DNA from: Felis catus
Taxonomy: Eukaryota
Length of the DNA stretch: 64,000 bases
Direction: 5' to 3'
Assembly: GCF_018350175.1 (NCBI RefSeq)
Contig: NC_058368.1
Coordinates: forward strand, 46,254,001-46,318,000
Of this stretch, positions 12,122 to 24,927 are shown one piece after another. Positions within the stretch are counted from its first letter, which is position 1, and each line of letters starts with the position of its first letter. A model generated the notes under the pieces. That model saw nothing but the letters and a program-made list of their open reading frames with translations. It was not told the DNA's origin and made no database searches. The position numbers were made by a program, and so were the translations under genes.

Positions 12122-14052
12122 TATTGCGTATGTGTGTGTATTCCTATGCATGGAACTCAGTAATATTTTTAATTTTTATTTTACCTTATGTACATATATG
12201 TGAATGCACTGAAGTGGACAAGTATAATTTATTTTCAACAAAATATTCTTACTGTAGGTGTTCTGACTTTGACAGACCCAGATCCCCATGACTGGGGACT
12301 AACAATAAACAATTTAGCTTGCCTTGACTATTGTCCCACCATCAACTCTTGCTAAAATATGTCCTCAAGGCTGACTGGAAGGTCAGAAAGAGAGTATATT
12401 AAATCTAGAGATACCTTCAATAACATATATGTCTAAAATCTGTACATTTTAAAAATGGGGTTTTCTCTTCATTCTTTTTTTGAAGAAATAATTACAGTTT
12501 GAGGTGATGCAGATACATTTCTAGTCTGGGAAACCTGGTGTGGGATAGGTGGATAAATATTCCCAAGCCAGCAGTATGTGACTTAGAGATTTGGTATTCA
12601 CACACAATGCAAGAGTCCATGCGTGAACCCATTCTTGAGATGAGCAAGCTGGTTTACACTGATGATACCCAGAAATATTTTCTCTGCTGAAACTGAAATT
12701 AAATGACCACTTTGCTCCTTAAACACATTTTAGTTAATGAGGATACATATAACTGGATGGAGAATTTTAAGTAAACCCTTAGCTTTTTCTTTGCTTCATA
12801 TGGAGTTGTAAACATAACAAAATTAATTATTCCCTTATTTTCAGAGTGCAAATTCAGAAATGTTGAGGGATATTTTCTGAAATCATTTAATTTAACAAAA
12901 GAAAAATTCATTAAAAACTCCACCTCTTTAAAAAAAAACAATAATATGGGTCAAATTTAGAAAAAAAATCTTATGTTTATTTAAAAATATAATCAATTAT
13001 TTGGCCTTGATTAAGTTTAGGCTAGATTGATGATTTATTTCAATTACTGAGATATAAAACCTAAAGTTGAATACAGTTCTGGAGACTCTAATTACATTAG
13101 TATTAAAAATGCCACATTAATAGATGAGAAGATATGTTACATTAAAGGCCTTCTGTTATGTCCTTGGAGAGGTAAATAAAATTAATTACATTTCTACTGG
13201 GAGAAAGTTTAATATGGTAGGAAATGTGTACAGAAAAATATCACTAAGAATCAAGTACTAGCATAAAAAATTTAAAAAAGAAAACACAACAAAAGTAACA
13301 GCACAGTATCTTCAAGCACATTCTTACTATTAGCTACTCCAAATATGGAGAAATAAAGGGCAAAAATCTCCATCTGGGGTCCACATGATCGCTTCATGTG
13401 TGGGCAAGAAAATTATGCTTTCTTGTATCCCAAACACTCTTATTATTTTGGCTCCATGCTCTATGTTATTGTTAACTGTAAGTATTTTTGATTCATAATG
13501 TACTGTACGTAAAATATACATCCTGGGGACTACATAGGAAATCCGTGCAAAGTTTTGTATAGCTTTTTGAAGTCTGTTCTTTGAAGAAACCCTATTAACT
13601 GAAACAAATTTATTTATGAAAGAAGGGATTTTTTGGATTCTTTTATATTAGACATATTTTAAGTGACTAAACATATCATTTCCTCACTGGAAGGCCAACA
13701 GTTTAAAAATAACTAAATATTTATTAGAACTGGTGTGCCGTCGTTTAGTAAATCAGACAAACTTAAACAGTTAGATTCCTCCCATCAGTTGGCAATAAGG
13801 AGAGCATTGAGGCAGAATGATTTTTCAAATGCCCAGGTCATTTTCACTCAAGCTTTTATTAAGGCTGCGTATACATATTTCTAAACCAGTTTGATTAGTG
13901 TAGCAAGTTTAAAATCTTCAACTGCTGGAAAAAGTTCAATGTCATGATTCAGTCAATCTCCTGAGTGGCTTAAGCTGGAATAGTATGAATTTGGGAAAAA
14001 TTCACAGCTGAGTCTTCCCTGTTGCTTTCTTCCAGGTTACCAAAAGGCCTAC

Positions 14053-14204
14053 CTGTATGTTAGTCAGCAGGGTCTCTATGGAAGACAATCCATCAGGAAA
14101 CAGAAAAGGAGGCGGAAAACCTGGAGGTAGTGGTTGTCCATGCCCAGTTAGAGAAAGTTTGTCAAGGCTGTCTCTTGCGGTTGGTGTGGAAAGCGGGGTC
14201 TCAT
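14053..14204 (-). CDS. DACH1: DACH1 coding exon (about exon 7), 152 nt, start of box-C/DD2 (LSSIETLLTNIQ)
   Basis: Acceptor ...tcacatacAG|ATGAGACC at 14206-14205 and donor ATACAG|GTAGGC at 14052-14051. Phase 1 in, phase 0 out. Encodes (D)ETPLSTPTARDSLDKLSLTGHGQPLPPGFPPPFLFPDGLSSIETLLTNIQ; lies within ORF 14002..14223. Confidence 0.96.
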
Positions 14205-16087
14205 CTGTATGTGATTGAAACAAAAATATAGAACAAGTTACGCTTGTCTGTTTTTATTAGACCTCAGTAATGGCTTCCCTAGTGGTTTCCAGAACATTTA
14301 TTGCAAATTGGTTCCTGCTATCAGGAGAAAATGCTTTCTGCTGAATTTTCTTTAATGAAAAAGCTGTGGAGATACAACAAGATAACATTAATGAGTAACT
14401 TTATAAGCCTTTTAAATGCAGTCTCTAATGAGACTGAGTTTACAGTGCCATAGAATCTTTTTAAAACAAATATTATCTCACATATAGTTGTGATAATATA
14501 CTCAGGCTGACTTTATGGGCACCTTCCCAATTATCTCATTTTAGTTTGTTCTGTTTGGATTGACAATAGAATATTTCTAGAGCTTCATATAAAAGAAATG
14601 CTTTGTATATTAGTATGTGTGTTGCTCAATTAACCCTTCCTTTATATCAATGATCCGTTCAAATATATTCTTAAGGAATCTACAAAAGGACGTACAATTA
14701 AAATTTGTCATTTTACGACTAAAAAGAAAAACCGGAATCAAATATATTCCTAAATTATAAACGAATTATTCAGTATCATTAAAACTAAAGGTCTAATTCT
14801 ATTGATCCTGAACACTTTTTACCTTCTGATTGAAAAACTAGCCCTTTATACATGAAAAAGGAGTCTAAAGAAAGGATAATGAAGCACAACGTCCATAACA
14901 ATATTTAGAAAATCAAATATAAAACCCTCTAAGATAAATTAATCTTTACTTTATTTATTGAATATTCTTCAAAATTTTAAGCAACTCAGAGTAATGTCTC
15001 GATATGGATTCCTTTTACTCTCACGGTGCAATCTTTTCATTCAGCTCTTTATTATTTAAACATTTTTTTACAGTTTCATTTCAGACACCAACGTTATGGC
15101 TTATTTTAGTTTATTATATCACAGAGAAAATTTTATTCATGGCAGGATTCTCAATTTTATAAATATTTTCATATTTCACCCCAGGAAAATTAATCAGAGC
15201 AATGTATTTGCACAGTCCTGATAGGATCTCTCAATTTTGCAAGTGGCTAAAAACTTCAGCACACTTGCCTTTATGCTTATAATTTGATTCCACTGTTCTC
15301 GATCATTCCTTTATTTTTCATTACAACACCTAACCACACAACACGTTTTCCAATTACCTCTCTCTGGGGCAGAAATATGGAAGTAGGCACCTCTCTGTTT
15401 CTAACTAATGTCAGAACAAGTTAAGTTCATCTCCCTCACCTTTCCACATTTCTAGTTAACAGGCCAAAAGGGAAGAGAAGTTGGGGAGGAGAGTATGGGA
15501 CACAGGCTTTCTTTCTATTAACTGCCTCTCTTCTCACACTACACTCACTCCCTCTGCTGTTTCTCCTTTCACTCCCTTCTCTGTTGACTTACTGACAGGC
15601 GATCTGAGGCCGCAGGTTCTAGAAGAAGAAACGGAGTTAAGCAGCTAAAGTAGGACTCTCTGTGTTGTTATTTTTTTTTTTTATCACTCTTGTCATTGGG
15701 GGTTGAAGAAAGACTGCCGTGCAGGGGTAGGGCTACTGCATGGCTAATGTGATCAAGATGATCTTGGACACCCTTTACCTAGCTGTCATAAATTACTCCT
15801 CCAGACCAAGGCTGCTAGTGTTTTCTCATAATAGCTCCAAAAAGGCGCTTGTTAAACATCTATGTGCATGTGAAATTGTTTAAGAATGGAGAGCAATATT
15901 TTTCGATCAGCATCACCTTTGCTGTCACATGCTAAAGAAAATGTGGCTTAATAGATCATGGGGATAATAATTGCTTGTCTCTTGAAGAGAGGCATAGAAC
16001 CAGATGACCACCTGAATTTGCTTTCAGCTTTAGAGACTGATTCCACAATTCTTTAAAGATCGTCTAAGAAAAAAGCACCATATGAAT

Positions 16088-16089
<2 letters not shown>

Positions 16090-16132
<43 letters not shown>

Positions 16133-16146
16133 TACACACACACACA
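16090..16146. repeat. (CA)n microsatellite
   Basis: Long CA run with CATA interruptions. Confidence 0.95.
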
Positions 16147-17174
16147 TTTGAGTATAAGTTCCATCATTCCCATGACTATTTGATGTAACTTCAATACATT
16201 TATGCTTGACTATGTTTGGCTGTTGTGCAAATTAATTAATAAAATCACTCATGACACACATATTTACATAGCTAATATTTACTTAACATAAACAATGTGC
16301 TAGATACTGAGGACAGAAGGCTTAAAAACACAATCTACAAACCTCAAGTAGCTTAACCTGGACTGGAGTGACTGATCCCAATTGTTAGTAGCCAATTCCT
16401 ATAGTTAGTGAAATATTTTGTCCCCCAACATTATTTCATTAGCTACTCTATTTTTCCCAATATAGGATTCAAATTGTTCTGTGTGTGTGTGTGTGATCTG
16501 TTTTTCTGCAGTTGCTTCAGTGGAATCCTCATGCTCATCTTGGTCCTCACGGTTTCTCTATCATTCGGTATAGACTTGCATGATTGGGTTCATTCATTAG
16601 TCATTTTATATAGGAGAGATATTACATAAGGCCACTCTAAATATGAAGCTAAGAAACAGTAAAATTTAGAGCACAGTGACAACTAAAGAAATGAAAATAA
16701 AGGGTGATTCTTAAGATCAATATATATTTTTGAAAAGAAGACACACTAATCAAAGATCAAACATACAAAACAAAAATATTCCTTTGGGCTTCAAGACCCT
16801 ACTAAAAAGTTGTCATCTTGTGGCAATTAACATCATAGAAAGTCTCATTTAGTCTCCTTACAAAGATGGTAAAATTGGGAATATAGTCCTTCCTTTTGAA
16901 ATAAAAATGACCTTTGATATCCTAAATGCTCTAAGAAGATTAAAGCAAATGTTTGAGAGTCCAGACAACATGGAAAAGAGTTTTAACATTACCTAATCTC
17001 CACTGACTTCAAACAGTGAACAATGATGAAGCACAAATTCACAAAACACCTTATTCCAAATTGATATATCTGCACGTACTTTTTTTAAGTTTTGTTTGTA
17101 AAAGAAAGTTTGTCAGATGGCATGCTCTTTGGATTATCACAACATTTGACAATGTAGTCTGTCTTCTGTTCTTA

Positions 17175-18000
17175 AATATTTTGCTTTCAAATATTTTTAA
17201 ACTTATGAAGGGTTACAAGAATTGGACAAAGAATTCCTATATACTCCCGGGGTGGGTTGCATGGTAGTCCCTTAAAATATATATCCATGCCTAATCCCCA
17301 GAACCTCGGAATGGTAGCTTGCTTGGAAAGAGGATTTTTACAAATGTGATTAAGTTAAACATCTTGAGGTCAGGACATCATCTGGGTTTAGGATGGATGC
17401 CGAATCCAATGACAAGTGTCATTATAAGAGAAAAGCAGAGGGAGACTTGAAAGAGACAGAAGAGATCCACAGTCAAGAGGAAGAGGCAGAGTGGAGAGGG
17501 AGACGGAGATCAGAATTTCCCCGCCATAGTAAATGAATGATGCTGACAGACACCAAAAGCTACAAGAAGGAATGGATTCTCCTTTATAGTCTCTTGCTCA
17601 GGGTGGGGCTTATGCCTGCGAATACTTTGATTTTAGACCTCTGTCTTCCAGAACTCCAGAAAGAAAATTAATTTTTGTTGTTTTAAGCCATCAAGATTGT
17701 GGCAATTTGTTAAATCAGCCCTAGAAAATGAATCAACTCCTTAGTCAAATTCACCAATTGTTTGCATTTTGCCATGTTTACTTTGAAATTATTTCTTTGC
17801 TCTCTCCCTCTCTTCTTCTGTGTGTATGTTTACATATGTTTCAACCATCTTCCCTTTTAATCCTAAAACGTCAATGCACATTTCATAAGTATAAGGACAC
17901 ACTCTTACCTGACTACAGTAAGTATAAAATCAGCAAGAATAACACACAGAGAATACTATTGTTTAATCAAGAGTTTCTATCCCGATTTCATTATTTGTAG
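17175..18000 (-). mobile_element. Old L1 (L1MC-like) 3' fragment split by an MLT1 LTR
   Basis: L1MC-like 3'UTR pieces at about 17175-17246 and 17736-18000 flank the LTR. Confidence 0.55.
17250..17735 (+). mobile_element. MaLR solo LTR (MLT1C-like)
   Basis: ctaatccccagaacc...gtgattaagttaa...aatccaatgacaagtgtcattataagaga...ttttaagccatcaagattgtggcaatttgtt...agccctagaaaatgaatca. Confidence 0.85.
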
Positions 18001-18082
18001 GATATTTTACTGTAAAGAGTTAAATAATTAACACATCTTGTAATGTACTTGACAAATACTTGGGGAATATTTTCTCTGGGTT

Positions 18083-18593
18083 TGTGGTTATATACTAGCC
18101 ACTAAGATGGCCTCTGATGATTCCTCCCTCCTGTTATTCACATCTTTTCTAGAACCTTCCCCCTTAATCTGAGTCAGATCTAACAAACAGAGAAAAACAA
18201 ATGTGTTAGTCTGTCACTTCCAAGATTCGGTTACAACAATTTATAGTTGCCATTTTCCTCTCTCTCTTTCTCTTATATTTCTTGCCCTGGGAAAAACCAG
18301 CTGTCCTGTCATGAGACAACCCTGTGGAGGTACACATGACAAGGAACTGAGGCCTGCCAGAAACCATGTGAGTTGGCTTGAAAGCAGATTCCCCCTGCCC
18401 GGTTGAACCTTTACATGAGGCTATAACACAAGCTGACAGCAGAGCTGAAACCTCATGAGAGACCTTAAACCAGAAGCACCTAGCTAAGTTGCCTCCAAAT
18501 CCTGATCCACAGAAACTGAGATTTTAAATGTGTGATGGTTTAAGCCACTAATTGTTGGTACAATTTGTTACACGGCTATTGATAACTAGAACA
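18083..18593 (+). mobile_element. MaLR solo LTR (MLT1F-like)
   Basis: TG...CA ends; ctaagatggcctc...aaggaactgaggcc...cagaagcacctagctaagttgcc...taagccacta...aatttgttacac. Confidence 0.85.
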
Positions 18594-18884
18594 GGACCTC
18601 ACATTTTGAATACTTTGGATTATGTATAGAAAATGACTTAGTGTCCAAGGTGTATCAACCACTTTGGACATGTAACAACTTCTTCAGGCTTCGATTTTAT
18701 CAAATTAATACATATATATATATATGTGTGTGTGTGTGTATATATATGTGTATATATATATTACATATTAATATATTTTAACTATATATATACTGAATGA
18801 GACAAACTCTAGTGTCATGCAAATGTAAAATTTCACATTCTCTATTATCTCTTATAAAAATTCTTAAAAATTAGTTGAGTGGAT

Positions 18885-19088
18885 GGGGCACCTGGGTGGC
18901 TCAGTCGGTTAAGCGTCGGACTTCAGCTCAGGTCGTGATCTCACAGTTCATGAGTTCAAGCCCCGCATCGGGCTGACAGCTCAGAGCATGGAGCCTGCTT
19001 TGGATTCTGTGTCTTCCTCTCTCCCTGCCCTCCCCCATTCATACTCTGTCTCTCTCTGTCTCAAATAAATATTAAAAAATTAAAAAAG
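18885..19088 (+). mobile_element. Can-SINE
   Basis: Typical head, body and tail; TSD TAGTTGAGTGGA at 18872-18883 and 19089-19100. Confidence 0.93.
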
Positions 19089-20042
19089 TAGTTGAGTGGA
19101 CATTTCACCCATATTTACTGGAGATTTCACCTATATTGACTGAAAAAGAATTGAATCACATAAACACAAAATTCCAAAGCAAGTTATTGATTATATAGCT
19201 TTACAAACTCCATTTTACAAGGATTCTTAAATTTTCTGGCTTCATTTTATCAAATTAGAAAAAGTTCAACCATTTATAAGACAGGCACTCCCTACACCTG
19301 GAATGGAAAATTAGATGCAGGGAAGGGTATGTCCTCCTAAGAATAAAGTAAGCACTTTTGAAAGCCACACTAACTAGGGTACAATTTTTTAAGTACTCCA
19401 TATCCATAGGGGACCAGTAGTTATGCCAGTTCTCAAAGGAGTTCTTGTTATTTTTAAATTCCTAAAAAAGAGTGGTTTATAACTTTCTTGTATTTTAATT
19501 CAGTTGCAGGGAACCACAGTGGCTTTCTAAAGGAAAATAGAAATGCACACAATACAATGTCATAAATGATTTCATCTGTTAACCAGAAAAATACTGATTA
19601 ACATTTTAATAATTATATAATAAGTATAATGACAGTTATAACAACATACAATCAATTAGGATCAACTAGGATATAATGGACAAGATAAACAGAAAGCAGA
19701 GATGGAAGATAAGAAAACGTTTATAAATCCAAAATCAATGAAGTTTGAAAAAATGATATTTCATTCTGCTCATCATTTCATCTCATGATTTCCCTTGTAT
19801 TTTAAGTCACATATCAATAAATGACTATCAGTAAGATTGATGCCTCTGTAAGACAGCTTTTTTTTCCATCCAATCTTATCACACGTAACAATTTAGCAGG
19901 ATATCCTAAGGAACAATGTTGTTTAAAAAAATAATGGGCCTCTACTTTTAAAATGTTTTCTTTCCTGTTAATAAAATCTACTCAGTTGTTATTTTCATAA
20001 CTAATCCCTTTGGGTTTGAATTATATATTCTCTTTCAAGTTC

Positions 20043-20043
<1 letters not shown>

Positions 20044-20086
<43 letters not shown>
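20044..20086. repeat. (TG)n microsatellite
   Basis: About 21 perfect TG units. Confidence 0.95.
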
Positions 20087-20087
<1 letters not shown>

Positions 20088-20874
20088 TTTTTGTATCTGA
20101 TGTCTTTTATTACATCATAAATTCCAAGTACAAAAATATTCACTTTTAGAAAACCATACGTTCCAAGGGAATTCACATTTATTCATCTTGATGTAAGTAG
20201 ATAGCAACACTATTAAAATAAAAAAGTCTCTCTATTTAATGTTTACAAGTGATCTGGGATTTTGTATGAAAATATTATATTTTTATACTGGAAAAGTGAA
20301 AAAAAATGTTGACAAAAATTCTAGAGAATATGATAATCTCTATGAATATTTATTTATCAAAATATGAATGTTTCTTTGCCCCTTTTTTGTTACATTTCTA
20401 TCACAGTTATATAGAAAGTTACATTTATTGGTGGTTTTTTTAAAACTCATCGGCCACATCATTCGACTGGAGTACAGGCATGAATAATCTAAAATACCAA
20501 CGGTTGGTATTTAAAAGATTTATTTGAAACTTATATTCAGGCATCAGATACAGTCATTTAAGTTGAGTTCAATCATATCCTCAATCCTAGTTCCCTCCTA
20601 CTGTAGGACTCTTGGTTTAATTTGGCAATGGAAACTAATAATAAAGTAGAATACTGTGATCCAGAGTGTAATCTTCAATTAGAAATGGTCATGTAAACTT
20701 TTTTCTTTCTATTTTCATCTTCTCATAAAATAACAGATTACAAAATATCATATCAAATTTTATTTGCATGACTTTCATGTATCTATTTCAAGTCTTATAA
20801 AATATCCAGGGGTATGATAGAGTAAAGCTATTTTCCCGTATTTAATTTTAAGCCCACTTCTCAAAATCTGGATG

Positions 20875-21110
20875 CAGCTATGGTAAAATGAAGAGCAAAC
20901 CAGGCTAGATTCAGAAAGTGTGAGTTCAAGCCCTGGCTCTAGCAAGTATTAGCAAATAGTGGAGAAAAAAATCCATCTCTTATATTCTATGAGATTCATT
21001 TATTTACTAAAAAGATGATTACAAACTCAAAGGATTATAGTTTAAATCCAAGTAGATTATGTATATGAAAGTGCTTTGTAAAATATAAAATGCTAATAAT
21101 AAACTCTCAA
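20875..21110 (+). mobile_element. MIR
   Basis: tRNA-like head with B-box gagttcaagccctggctct and MIR 3' part gtatatgaaagtgctttgtaaa. Confidence 0.65.
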
Positions 21111-22138
21111 TAATTAACAAATCACTAAGTGTATTATACATTCCCATTGGTAAACTTGGCTTCAATGTGCCATGGAGAGAATCTGGCTCTTGTACCATAA
21201 GCACGAGACTTCTCTCCTATTTCTCTCGAATGAGGCTCGTGATGATGAAGTATTACGTTGATAATAACATTCTTACTATATGTTATTTTGGTTGCCTTCG
21301 ACAAACTAACCCTGAATTAGTTCAGCGAACAGTTAAAATTAACTATGATAGAAATAACTTGAGAAAGGGCAAAAGGATATGAACTAGTTTATCAACTTCT
21401 CTTCTGGCAGCAGGACCTAGAGGAAATGGGTAAGGTGACTTACACAGAAAGAAAACAGTACAGATTCTGGAGAAATCGACTGTCAGAAACATAATAACAC
21501 TTAGGAGTTTCCTTGGAACAGTATCCGGATTTTGAGTTTGGGTGAATGAAGGGAAGGATTTAATATGGAAAGGACATCATTGTAAGCGCGTGTTCGGCAG
21601 CATGCTGGAGGTGCGCTAAAATATACACCAAACTCACAGTTCTGCCTAATCTGATGCACTTTAAACTATGTATTGCACATATATGCAATTATCACCTGTA
21701 TCAGTGGTTCTTACCTCTTGTGTAGTTTACCTTTGAGATGCTGATGGAAATCAGGGATCACTCCTTAAAGGTAAAAATAGAACATAGAATCTCAGCTCCC
21801 TAACACAGAGTAAGCCCTTATTAATATCTGTCGAAGGAATATGTGAATGAGAGGAGTTGAGGCTAAAGCTGGAGCAGTAAAAAGTGCAGAAATGAGAAGG
21901 ATGTAAGTCTCTTGCACGCCCTGAGGTTATATCACACCCATGATAGTAAAACTAAAAATACCTTCTATTGGAAAACCACTCTATTGATTACAAGACAACT
22001 TCATAGACATTATCTTGCGTGAGGAGGAAGCTGTAGAAAGAAGATTTTAAAAATGCATGCAATTATAATCTCAATAAGGTTATGGTGCCAAAGGATTGAT
22101 TCAAATGGCACCCAGTGGTTATTAAGAAAGAGGAGAGA

Positions 22139-22357
22139 GGGGCGCCTGGGTGGCGCAGTCGGTTAAGCGTCCGACTTCAGCCAGGTCACGATCTCGCGGT
22201 CCGTGAGTTCGAGCCCCGCGTCGGGCTCTGGGCTGATGGCTCAGAGCCTGGAGCCTGTATCCGATTCTGTGTCTCCCTCTCTCTCTGCTCCTCCCCCGTT
22301 CATGCTCTCTCTCTGTCCCAAAAATAAATAAATGTTGAAAAAAAATTAAAAAAAAAA
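22139..22357 (+). mobile_element. Young feline Can-SINE (SINEC_Fc-type)
   Basis: CpG-intact and nearly identical to the copy at 123-342; perfect 15-bp TSD AAGAAAGAGGAGAGA at 22124-22138 and 22358-22372. Confidence 0.95.
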
Positions 22358-22815
22358 AAGAAAGAGGAGAGATAATATTCACATGATACAAGTACAGAAA
22401 GGGTGAAGAAAATAAAATCTTCATGGCAAGGTATATTAGAAACGAGCACTGAATATTGGGAAAGAATTAAACAGGAGGAGGTCAAGTGGTTCTACAAGGA
22501 AACCATGCAGGTTGACTGTTCAAGGAAAACTGGCATCCTGAGGGTCCTGAAGAAACTTTTATTTTTAAAGGGAAACCCTATTTTCTACCATTATGCTTAA
22601 AATACAGTCTTTAATTTCTGGCTATTCTACATTTATATTTCAAAAATCTATGTATGAAGGAAACTCTAAATCAAGCTATAGATTAATAATTCCAGACAGA
22701 GACTTGACGGCAAACTCCTCACCGTCTTTCACACCTGAGACAATGCAACTACACACTCTGATATCTGTGTGTACATTTTTTTTCCTGACACAGCTTCACA
22801 GCTTGGGATTTCTTG

Positions 22816-22854
22816 GCATGCGCGCGTGCGCACCCACACACGCACGCGCGCGCG

Positions 22855-22892
<38 letters not shown>
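22816..22892. repeat. Compound (CG)n/(CA)n alternating purine-pyrimidine repeat
   Basis: gcatgcgcgcgtgcgcac...cgcacgcgcgcgcgag(ca)n. Confidence 0.9.
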
Positions 22893-22893
<1 letters not shown>

Positions 22894-24514
22894 TTACCTT
22901 TTAAACACTTCGGGTGGCTTTTACCCCTGCTTGTTTGTAAAAGACATAAGTCCTAGTGTTTATGAAAGAGCTGGCACAGCTATGCTGAAAAGATCCACTT
23001 CATTGACCTTTCTGTCTCTTCCGTGACCCTGTAGGTTTAACCTCACTGCTGATACTGCAAGTGAATATGGGAAAACATTTATTGAAAGCTGCATAACACA
23101 CACGGTTATATTTCCTCGGTTGATGTTTTGCATATCTGCACAGTGGGGCCATTAAGGGTTCTAAGAGCACAACGGAAACAATCATAGAGTTTGTTTTTAG
23201 ATGACTGACTCAGGACATGTACACCAGGCTTTATATAGAAACTGTTTTTGTTTTATTAAGGGACTGTTTGCCTGTTAGTGATAACATCATTAAAAATAAA
23301 TGAAAGGGGGCTGGTAAAATGCTTCCCAAAAGCAGAAACCTAATTAAAGGTGATATGCCTGCTATGAGGCTTTTTTCAGGACTCAGAAATAGAACGAGGT
23401 TAGTTCTTTCTCATTTTATAAGGCCCAGAGAAGACCTCACACTAAAACATCACTTCTGATCTAATTTTCTATTTCTGTGTACTTTAATAATCTACTTTAC
23501 GGGCTATGCTTGCCCATAGAAAGTGAGCTAGTTTTGTTCCCACAGATAGCTGCTTCATCATGTCGCAGTGTATGAAGAGAAAATCTGATGGTTCGGGTCA
23601 AACAAACAAAAAAAAAGCACTCTCCTTTTACAGCAAATCGCACTGGTGGTGATATACACAGTCACAGCAGTTGAAATAATGCACAAATATTTCATAATCC
23701 TAAAAGACCACTTTTGAGAGTCCGAGTTAATGGTAAAAAAACATTTCCAAATCATGGTTTATAATTTCAGAAAGAAAAAAAAAAGTAGACCCTTTCATTT
23801 TAAGGGGTGGAGTTACTCTAATTTCATGGATGGTGGAAAAAGCAGGAAACTGCATTCCCTTGATAACTCTGCCCTTATTGTGCTGTGACCTTGGCCAATT
23901 TACTTAAATTTACATCTGCCAAAAATGAGTTTCTGAAATGTGCTTTGAGAATTTTCAGGGGGGTGGGAGGGAGGAGTTGTCACATCAATTCAAGGCCTTT
24001 TCAAAATTAATATTACTTTAGAAGTAAAGAGAAAAAGACGAGAACACTGGGCTCCCTCACAGAGCACTATAGTTTGATACCCTGGTTTCTTCTTGTCACC
24101 TCTGCACAGTTCGGGTTCATTTATGAGTCTCCAAGCTGAAAATGAATCTTTTGCTAAGTAAATAAAACAGAACAATTCCCAACTTATCCCCCTGAAATGT
24201 AAAGTAGCTCTGGTATTATGGATTATTTAAAAATGGATTTGCACATAGGTGTTAGACTAAAATTATCATGGAATTATAAGAAGTGTGAAAAATCTTTGGA
24301 AATCATTTGGTGCAAATTTTCATTTTTCAGACAGAATAAGTCCGATAAGTGATTGACCCAAAGTTCTTCAAGCCCAAGTTTGCAAATTCTCATTTCTTTC
24401 TTCATTAAAAGTTATAGTATCAATTTAGAGGAAATACTGGGAAAAATATTCTGAATGCTTCCAAGGGTATGCAAACCCACAAATATACATACACTTAAGA
24501 CAACTGAAGCATAG

Positions 24515-24825
24515 TGGGATATTTAATAACTATTAAGGAATTTTAGGAGCGATAATAATGTGATTGTGATTTAAAGACAAGAGCCCTTATTGTTAAGATA
24601 TATACACGGGAAATTTAAAATATATATATTTACAGATTAAGTAAAATATGTTGGGGATTGAGTTCAAAATTATCTGAGGGAGAGAAGGGATTGGGTGGGG
24701 GAATTTATAATATCAGTTGGGGCTTGCAATGATCATTTTTAAAACCAAATAATGGGTAGGCATATGAGGGGTTTGTTACTCTATGCTAATTTTATGCTTG
24801 TTTGAAATTTTCTATAATAAAAGGA
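24515..24825 (+). mobile_element. Old L1 (L1ME-like) 3' end
   Basis: L1ME-like tail ...gggtaggcatatgaggggtttgttactctatgctaattttatgcttgtttgaaattttctataataaaa. Confidence 0.65.
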
Positions 24826-24927
24826 TTTTAACATAAAAATAATGCTATGCAGTAAAAATTCTATTAACTCATTTTTCTTTCAAAATTCAGAGGCATTGGT
24901 ATGATGATCATCAGCATTACCATCAAA

